A stretch of DNA of 13,866 nucleotides from the NCBI GenBank assembly GCA_945859975.1, contig CAMAPH010000056.1, positions 1 through 13,866 of the forward strand. The letters are read 5' to 3'. The translations under genes were made by a program, and so were the position numbers. The notes under the pieces are model-generated. The model made no database searches. It was given only the letters and a program-made list of their open reading frames with translations, and had not been told where the DNA came from. Shown piece by piece: positions 7,276-13,465 of the stretch. This DNA comes from Chthonomonas calidirosea. Its GTDB lineage: Bacteria; Armatimonadota; Fimbriimonadia; Fimbriimonadales; Fimbriimonadaceae. Every line of letters begins with the position of its first letter. Position 1 is the stretch's first letter.

Positions 7276-8021
7276 ACTATGATCTCTTGCGCATCACCGC
7301 TGGCGTCATCGCGACCATCGGTCTGTACAGCGTTCTCTGGAAGGAGAACAAGTTCTATCGGTTCTTCGAGCACGTCTTCCTAGGCCTTGCCGCCGGTTGG
7401 ACGATGGTCGCACTCTGGACCGAAACCCTAAAGGCGAACTGGTGGGACAAGATGGTCGGCACCCCGGCCGAAACCGGCTCGGTGGCGACCAACGGAATGT
7501 ACGCGTACGCGTTGTTGATCCCATTTGGCCTCATGGGCTACTTCGTGTTTAGCAAAAAGCACAACTGGATCAGCCGAATTCCAATTGGGATCATTCTTGG
7601 TCTCTGGTCTGGACAGCAGGTTCAGGTTTGGTGGAATACCTACGGCCCGCAGATCGATGCGACGCTGAAGCCGATTCTGCCAACGACCTGGGATTCCCTG
7701 ATCGTTCCTTCCACAAACGGCCTCACGCCAGAGCAGTTGTCGCAGGTCCAGAGCCAGATCTACTTCTCGCAAGCGGTTAACAACTTCCTGTTCACCATCA
7801 CCGTGGTGAGCGTGTTGAGCTACTTCCTATTTAGCTTTGAAGTCAAAAACAAGGCGGTCAAGGGCATCAACACGATGGGGCGCTACTTGCTCATGATCGG
7901 CTTCGGCGCGATCTTCGGCAGTACGGTCATGATGCGCTTCACGCTTCTGATCGACCGAATGCACTTCATTTGGATCGAGTGGCTACGAGACGGCGTCTTC
8001 CCGTTCCTTTCGGGTCGATAA
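7272..8021 (+). CDS. Polytopic membrane protein of unknown function, about 6 TM (module gene 6)
   Basis: GTG start overlapping the previous stop. YSVLWKENKFYRFFEHVFLGLAAG, LSYFLFS, GRYLLMIGFGAIFGSTVMMRFTLLIDR; about six hydrophobic segments. Confidence 0.85.
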   Translation: MNYDLLRITAGVIATIGLYSVLWKENKFYRFFEHVFLGLAAGWTMVALWTETLKANWWDKMVGTPAETGSVATNGMYAYALLIPFGLMGYFVFSKKHNWISRIPIGIILGLWSGQQVQVWWNTYGPQIDATLKPILPTTWDSLIVPSTNGLTPEQLSQVQSQIYFSQAVNNFLFTITVVSVLSYFLFSFEVKNKAVKGINTMGRYLLMIGFGAIFGSTVMMRFTLLIDRMHFIWIEWLRDGVFPFLSGR

Positions 8022-8025
8022 GTAA

Positions 8026-8784
8026 ATGGAGCAAACCATCCGTGCGGTGGTTCTGCGCAGAAGAGAACAGGGTGAGTCGGATCGTCGACTCACCCTGCTT
8101 TCCGTTGAGCTTGGCAAAGTTGACGCGATGGCCCGGGGGGCGAAGAAGGCGACCTCGAGATTGGCCGCCGTTTCTGAACCGCTGACCGTCGGTCGCTTCA
8201 CCGTTGCCGTATCCAAGCGCAATCGGTACATCACGCAAGTGCAGCCGGAATCGGCATTTCCGAAGCTGCGTACCGACTACCATCGCCTGACCTTTGCGGT
8301 GTCATTGACTGAGCTTTATGCCGGCTTGCTGCCGTGGGAACACCCGGCGCCTGACGAGTTTCAGCTCTTGTTCCAGAGTCTCCAGCACCTTAACGACTCC
8401 GAGAACCCGTTGACGGTGTACGTCTGGGCCGCGTGCCGGCTGCTGGCGATTTCTGGATTTCAGCCGAACTTTGAGGCCTGCGAAGTCTGGAGTCTCCCCG
8501 ACGGATCGCGTCGATGTTGGCTGTCTCCGAGTCAAGGAGGTTCGATATCCTCTGATTCCTTCCTGCCCGCTGACCGGTTTCAGGCGAGCTACGAAGCGGT
8601 GATCGCAGTTGATCGGATGTTCGAACTCGAGACCCCGCCGAAGAACCTGAGGCCGGCGATTGAATGTCTGGAGCTACTGTTCCCGTTCTGGAAGAACATC
8701 GTCGACGCTCCGATCCCAGCAACCGAGTTGGCTCGAAGTGAAGCAAAAGGGACCGAAGGTTTGATTCTTCCCAAACGAGTGTAG
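8026..8784 (+). CDS. recO: DNA repair protein RecO
   Basis: N-terminal OB-fold pattern AVVLRRREQGESDRRLTLLSVELGKVDAMARGAKKATSRLAAVSEPL, helical middle region, LLAISGFQPNF; 252 aa. Confidence 0.92.
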   Translation: MEQTIRAVVLRRREQGESDRRLTLLSVELGKVDAMARGAKKATSRLAAVSEPLTVGRFTVAVSKRNRYITQVQPESAFPKLRTDYHRLTFAVSLTELYAGLLPWEHPAPDEFQLLFQSLQHLNDSENPLTVYVWAACRLLAISGFQPNFEACEVWSLPDGSRRCWLSPSQGGSISSDSFLPADRFQASYEAVIAVDRMFELETPPKNLRPAIECLELLFPFWKNIVDAPIPATELARSEAKGTEGLILPKRV

Positions 8785-8794
8785 AATCGAAGGT

Positions 8795-10399
8795 ATGAAT
8801 CGTGGCTTCGCACTTTTGGCGGTTGGATTTGCCTTCGGCCTCGCGCTCTCTGGATGCAACCAGGGCGGATTTTCGGAGAAGACAAACGACAAGAAAGTCA
8901 ACGTTTTCCGCTATCCGATTGTCACCTCGCCGACCAGCCTAGACCCCGCGATGGTGCAAGACGGCGACACGATTGATGCCATCCAGCAGGTCTTCGAAGG
9001 CCTCGTAGGATTCAGTCCGGACAATAAGGTCGTCCCGATCCTTGCCGAGAAGTGGGAAGTTCAAGACAACGGAACAAGCTATGTCTTCTCCCTCAAAAAG
9101 GACCTAAAGTTCAGCTCCGGTCGCGAAGTGAAGGCGGCGGACTTTAAGAAGTGCTTCGAGCGTGCCTGCGATCCTGGGTTCAACAGCCCAACCGCCGCGA
9201 CTTACCTCAGCGACATTGTCGGCGTGAAAGAGCGTCTGGCTGGAAAGGCCGACGAAGTTAAGGGCTACGAAGTCGTTGACGACTACACGATCAAAATCAA
9301 GATCGACAAGCCGCGCCCGTACTTCCTCGGAAAACTGACTTATCCGGTCACCTTCGTTTACGACCTCGAAAAGCTTCCGGACGCTAAGAAAGAGATGGCA
9401 ACCGTGGACCAGATGGTCGGAACCGGTCCATACACCTTCGAGCAGTTCGTTCCCGAGCAGATTCTGAAGCTTAAGGCCAACTCCGCTTACCACGGCGGTG
9501 CTCCAAAGATTGACGGCATCGAACGACCTGTTGCCAAAGACGCGGCCACGCGACTTCAGCTTTTCAAGAACAAAGAAGTCGACCTCGTTCAACTTGAGCG
9601 ACAGGACATCAAGGCGATTGAAGAGGATGCCGAGCTGAAGAGCATGCTCAAGTTCTTCAACCGCCCGTCGGTTTGGTACATCGGCCTGAACGTCGATATG
9701 TACGAGCCGCTGAAGAAGCGCGAAATGCGCCAAGCCATCGCTCGCGCCATCGACACCGACAACATCGTCAAGAACGTTCTTGGCGGCGTTAACGAAAAGG
9801 CGAACGGCATTGTCCCGCCGGGCGTTTTCGGTCACCGCGAGAATCCTAAGCTCCTCACCTATGATCCGAAAGCCGCTCGAGACCTCATGGCCAAGGCCGG
9901 ATATCCCGAAGGGACGGGACTTCCTGAATTCACGATCACCTTCCGCGAAGCTCGCCCCGACATTCAGCTCGTCGCTGCACAGGTGGCTTCCGACCTGAAG
10001 AAGAACCTGAACATGAACGTGAAGCTCCAGACGATGGAGTGGCGAAGCTACCTTGAGAAGCATAACAAGTCGGCCATTCCGTTCCTCCACATGCGCTGGG
10101 CCGCGGACTACCTGGACGCAGAAAACTTCCTCAGCACTCTTCTTGCCAGCTATGGGCCAGAGAACAAGCTGAACTACAAGAACCCGGCCTACGACGCCCT
10201 CACCGCCAAAGCGGATGTATCGTTGGACGAGGCTGAGCGCCAGAAACTGTACGGGGAAGCGGAAGATTTGGTGCTTGACGATGCGCCTTTCATCCCGATT
10301 TACTTCCAGCGCGATGCAGAGTTGATCCGTCCACGCGTAGAAGGGCTGCGAGAGTCGGTGTTCGGCCATTTGCCGCATACCACCGTCACGCTCAAGTAA
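8795..10399 (+). CDS. Peptide/nickel ABC transporter substrate-binding lipoprotein (SBP family 5, OppA/DppA-like)
   Basis: Lipoprotein signal with lipobox LSG-C21. PTSLDPA, VFEGLV, P.LAEKWEV, YVFSLKKDLKFSSG, VGTGPY, REMRQAIARAID, W.ADYLDAENFL, DAPFIPIY. Confidence 0.93.
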   Translation: MNRGFALLAVGFAFGLALSGCNQGGFSEKTNDKKVNVFRYPIVTSPTSLDPAMVQDGDTIDAIQQVFEGLVGFSPDNKVVPILAEKWEVQDNGTSYVFSLKKDLKFSSGREVKAADFKKCFERACDPGFNSPTAATYLSDIVGVKERLAGKADEVKGYEVVDDYTIKIKIDKPRPYFLGKLTYPVTFVYDLEKLPDAKKEMATVDQMVGTGPYTFEQFVPEQILKLKANSAYHGGAPKIDGIERPVAKDAATRLQLFKNKEVDLVQLERQDIKAIEEDAELKSMLKFFNRPSVWYIGLNVDMYEPLKKREMRQAIARAIDTDNIVKNVLGGVNEKANGIVPPGVFGHRENPKLLTYDPKAARDLMAKAGYPEGTGLPEFTITFREARPDIQLVAAQVASDLKKNLNMNVKLQTMEWRSYLEKHNKSAIPFLHMRWAADYLDAENFLSTLLASYGPENKLNYKNPAYDALTAKADVSLDEAERQKLYGEAEDLVLDDAPFIPIYFQRDAELIRPRVEGLRESVFGHLPHTTVTLK

Positions 10400-10411
10400 C
10401 GACTTCAACGG

Positions 10412-11620
10412 ATGGATCGGACGACCGAGACTGAATTGCTACGTGGGGATTTCCGGCGACCGCCGGAAGGCCCCACTTTTGCCAATTCTCGGGTGTACAG
10501 CCTTTCAAATCTTCCCGCTTGGCGCAGCAATGGCGGACCGACCCGTAGCCATCCGGCTCGCAGCTTTCCCTTCACGATGGAGTGCGCCGCCCCTGCGGGT
10601 GCTCGCCGAATCCACGTCATCGGGATCTTTTGCCAATACGCCGGTAGCGGGCAAGAAGCTCCCGGCACGATGGGTGCGACGTTGCACGGAATGCTGGGCG
10701 AGAACCTCGTGTTCCGCCAGGACCTAGTTCTCGGTCAGCACTACCGCGACGCTGAGGGAGACCCGATCCTCCAGATCAACGGCGATGGGTCGAGCCTCGA
10801 AACGGTCGGTCAAGTTGAGATAGAAGGGAAGGAGCTGCAAGTGGACGCCTTGACCATTGACGTTCCCGCCGGTCTCACGTTCGATACCATCCGCATTCGA
10901 GATCTCGGAAGCCCGGCTTCCTTCACGATTTTCGATATCTTCTTCGATGCGCCGGTACCGCATGGCTGCCCATTCCATCGCGCCGGTGGCGGGATTCCCC
11001 TTAGCGAAGTCGCCGTCGCCCTGAGAATGGGCGATCGTGTGAAGTTCCAGCGTGCATTCGATCAACTCAAGGCGGCCCTCGGTAAATCGAGCAATCTTGA
11101 CGAAGCCCGAGGCCAGTTGCTCACCTTCTTCGCCCTGGTAACGTCCGCCTCCCTAGAGGCCGGTGGGGGCCGCGAGATGCACTGGCGCCTCTTGGATCTT
11201 GCTCGAGAACTAGAACGCAAGAACAAAGCATCCGAGCTCGTTGAGCTTGCCCAAACTTACATCTTTGAAGTCGCCGCGCCGATGCTTGGCGAAGCCGCCG
11301 GCCCAAGCGCCTACCTCATCGATCGCGCACTTGCTTACGTCGAGCGAAACTTTGCGCGCAACCTGACCGACGCCATTGTCGCAGAAGAGCTTGGACTCAG
11401 CACGAGTCATTTCCGCTTCCTATTCCGACAAGCAACTGGCCAGCCGTTCCACAAATATCTCATCGGCCTGAGGTTAGAAAAGGCTCGCCGACTTTTGGTT
11501 GAGCAAAAGATCACCGTCAGCCAAGCCGCTCGCTCCGTGGGTTTCAGCGGCCTCGCCCACTTCAGCCGCGCTTTCCAGCAACGTTTTGAGATCAGCCCAT
11601 CCACCGCGAGGCGAAGCTGA
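10412..11620 (+). CDS. AraC/XylS-family transcriptional regulator with a long atypical N-terminal region
   Basis: C-terminal double HTH IDRALAYVERNF...VAEELGLSTSHFRFLFRQATGQPFHKYLIGLRLEKARRLL...VSQAARSVGFSGLAHFSRAFQQRFEISPS; 402 aa. Confidence 0.92.
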   Translation: MDRTTETELLRGDFRRPPEGPTFANSRVYSLSNLPAWRSNGGPTRSHPARSFPFTMECAAPAGARRIHVIGIFCQYAGSGQEAPGTMGATLHGMLGENLVFRQDLVLGQHYRDAEGDPILQINGDGSSLETVGQVEIEGKELQVDALTIDVPAGLTFDTIRIRDLGSPASFTIFDIFFDAPVPHGCPFHRAGGGIPLSEVAVALRMGDRVKFQRAFDQLKAALGKSSNLDEARGQLLTFFALVTSASLEAGGGREMHWRLLDLARELERKNKASELVELAQTYIFEVAAPMLGEAAGPSAYLIDRALAYVERNFARNLTDAIVAEELGLSTSHFRFLFRQATGQPFHKYLIGLRLEKARRLLVEQKITVSQAARSVGFSGLAHFSRAFQQRFEISPSTARRS

Positions 11621-12361
11621 GTGATCGAGATCAAGAACCTCTCGCATCAATTCGGCCCGCGCCTGATCCTCGATAACATCAACCTGAGCGTTGCTGTCGG
11701 CAAAGTCGCGACCATCATGGGCAGCAGCGGTGGTGGAAAAACGACCCTCCTCAAGTGCGTCTCGCGGCTCCTCACTCCCACTAAAGGTGAAATCACCGTA
11801 GACGGCCTGAACGCCATTGAAGACCCGGAAGGTGCCTGCCGGAAAATGGGCATGGTCTTCCAATCGGCCGCCCTCTTCGACTTTATGACCGTGACCGAAA
11901 ATGTCCTCTTCGGTGTTCGTCGTCACAAAAGTGAAAAGGAGAAATCTGAAAAGGACCTTGTCGCCGAGGTTCTGGAAGATGTCGGTCTTACCCCCGATGC
12001 TGGCAAACTTATGCCGAGCGAACTCAGCGGCGGAATGCGCAAACGCGTGGGCATCGCCCGCGCCATCGCCCTTCGCCCAAAGGTCATGCTCTACGATGAG
12101 CCCACGACCGGGCTAGACCCCGTCACGACCTACGTCATCGACGAACTCATGGTCCGCCTAGCCCGTACGCAAGGCATCACCACCCTCATCGTGAGCCACG
12201 ACGTTAGCTCCGTCCTCCGCGTCAGTGACCAAATCGCCTTCCTCACCGGCGGAAAGCTCGTGTTCGATGGATCACCCGCAGATTTCGAGACCAGCACCCA
12301 GCCCGAAATTCAGGAGATAATCCAGAAGTCCCGCGCCACCGAGTTTGTGCTCACCCACTGA
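11621..12361 (+). CDS. ABC transporter ATP-binding protein, MlaF/Mkl/Ttg2A-like
   Basis: Walker A GSSGGGKTT, Q-loop GMVFQSAALFD, signature PSELSGGMRKRVGIARAI, Walker B/D-loop LYDEPTTGLDP, H-loop VSHD. The ELSGGMRKRV and YDEPTTGLDP wording is typical of the MlaF subfamily. The GTG start abuts the AraC stop. Confidence 0.9.
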   Translation: MIEIKNLSHQFGPRLILDNINLSVAVGKVATIMGSSGGGKTTLLKCVSRLLTPTKGEITVDGLNAIEDPEGACRKMGMVFQSAALFDFMTVTENVLFGVRRHKSEKEKSEKDLVAEVLEDVGLTPDAGKLMPSELSGGMRKRVGIARAIALRPKVMLYDEPTTGLDPVTTYVIDELMVRLARTQGITTLIVSHDVSSVLRVSDQIAFLTGGKLVFDGSPADFETSTQPEIQEIIQKSRATEFVLTH

Positions 12362-12383
12362 ACATTAACCAGAATCGCGCGTT
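12359..12383 (+). promoter_or_regulatory. Putative ECF sigma factor promoter (TGAAC-N16-CGTT)
   Basis: TGAAC at 12359-12363, exactly 16 nt, then CGTT at 12380-12383, ending 32 nt before the ATG at 12416. This matches the general ECF consensus of -35 AAC and -10 CGT. Confidence 0.55.
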
Positions 12384-12415
12384 TTCCTCATTAACCGAAC
12401 TACGGTGAAACAAAT

Positions 12416-12856
12416 ATGAACAAGATTCTCATCTCCGCCCTTGCTGCCGTTGCAGTTTTCGCCGTTGCTACTACCACTCTCGCCCAGGACGCTGGTCCAA
12501 AGCAGGGCCCAGGTAAGGGACAACAGGGCCGAGGCGCCCAGGCCGGACGAGGCAAGTGGATGCAGGACGTGCTCAAGCAGCTCAACCTGACCGAAGACCA
12601 GAAGAAGAAACTCGCTGACCTTCAGAAAGGCAATGCCGAAAAAATGAAGAAGATGCGAGAAGAAATGAAGGGCAACCCAGGCGCAGGTCGCGAAAAGTTC
12701 ATGGCCATGCGAAAGGAGAACGAGGATGCCATGAAGAAGATCCTCAGCAAAGACCAGTGGGCCAAGTACGAGAAGCTTCGAAAGGAAGCCATGGACAAGG
12801 CTCGAAAGGAAGGCGGCGGTAAGCGCGGCGGCGGCAACATCCCGCCAGCGTTCTAA
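12416..12856 (+). CDS. Secreted helical protein, Spy/CpxP (LTxxQ motif)-like
   Basis: Sec signal MNKILISALAAVAVFAVATTTLA|QD, Gly/Gln-rich linker, LNLTEDQKKKL and ILSKDQWAKY (two LTxxQ-type motifs), Met/Lys/Glu-rich helices. Confidence 0.8.
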   Translation: MNKILISALAAVAVFAVATTTLAQDAGPKQGPGKGQQGRGAQAGRGKWMQDVLKQLNLTEDQKKKLADLQKGNAEKMKKMREEMKGNPGAGREKFMAMRKENEDAMKKILSKDQWAKYEKLRKEAMDKARKEGGGKRGGGNIPPAF

Positions 12857-13395
12857 AGGTTAAGTACTAACCCAAACTCGGGGCTCTCATCGGGGTCGTC
12901 GCAAACGCGATCTCCCACGATGCGGGCCCCGAGGTCTATATAAAGGGCATGAGCCGCGCCAAACCGCTGATCGGACCATATCTCCATCGCCGTCCTACCG
13001 TTGTCTTTGGCCCATTGAACCGCCGTAAGGCACAGCTTCCGCGCGATCCCTTGCCGTCGCGCCCTCGGGTGCACGTATAACCGCTCCATCGAGCAATCCG
13101 TCCCCAGCACCCGCGTCAATCCTGCTTCCGGCTGCTCGGAGATCAGTGGGTACTGGTCCAGAGCGAGTGTCCCCTGGATCAAGCCGTCCGTTTCGAACAC
13201 CCAAAAGGGCAGTCCGGCGTCCAGATAAACCTCTTGCAGGTGATACAAGTCGTAGTGGTAGTCATCTGGATCCCACGTGAAGCTGTACTCCTCATACACC
13301 GTCTTGATGACATCAATGACTCCCGGTTGATCTTCTGCCGTCGCCATCCGAATGTTAGAAAGGGCGGAATTGGGTGAGGTCTCGGGAGTAGACAT
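12853..13395 (-). CDS. GNAT-family N-acetyltransferase
   Basis: IRMATAED N-terminal strand, acetyl-CoA motif A RLYVHPRARRQGIARKL, AHALY..LG; 180 aa. The stop overlaps the convergent gene's stop by 4 nt. Confidence 0.9.
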   Translation of the reverse strand: MSTPETSPNSALSNIRMATAEDQPGVIDVIKTVYEEYSFTWDPDDYHYDLYHLQEVYLDAGLPFWVFETDGLIQGTLALDQYPLISEQPEAGLTRVLGTDCSMERLYVHPRARRQGIARKLCLTAVQWAKDNGRTAMEIWSDQRFGAAHALYIDLGARIVGDRVCDDPDESPEFGLVLNL

Positions 13396-13451
13396 GAGCC
13401 CATAAGGTTATCGCATCTAGGCGATACGACTCTCTGCGCACCCTCCAGATT

Positions 13452-13460
13452 TGCTACAGT
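13452..13460 (+). promoter_or_regulatory. Extended -10 element TGCTACAGT ahead of a probably leaderless gene
   Basis: TGn-TAnnnT at 13452-13460, then 5 nt, then the GTG at 13466. There is no SD sequence, and an in-frame TGA at 13460-13462 prevents an earlier start. Confidence 0.55.
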
Positions 13461-13465
13461 GATTC

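Noticed and set aside
3765..8021. Reading the membrane module as a defence island, prophage or horizontally acquired element
   Set aside because: No nuclease, NTPase, integrase or phage motifs, no flanking repeats or tRNA, and seamless coupling to prs and recO.
9104..10408. 434-aa antisense ORF opposite the SBP gene
   Set aside because: It lies on the reverse strand of a clear family-5 SBP and has no recognisable motifs. Long antisense frames are expected from biased codon usage in GC-rich genes.
12840..12870. Expected terminator between the convergent Spy-like and GNAT genes
   Set aside because: The two stop codons overlap (12853-12856), and I see no convincing hairpin with a U-tract.
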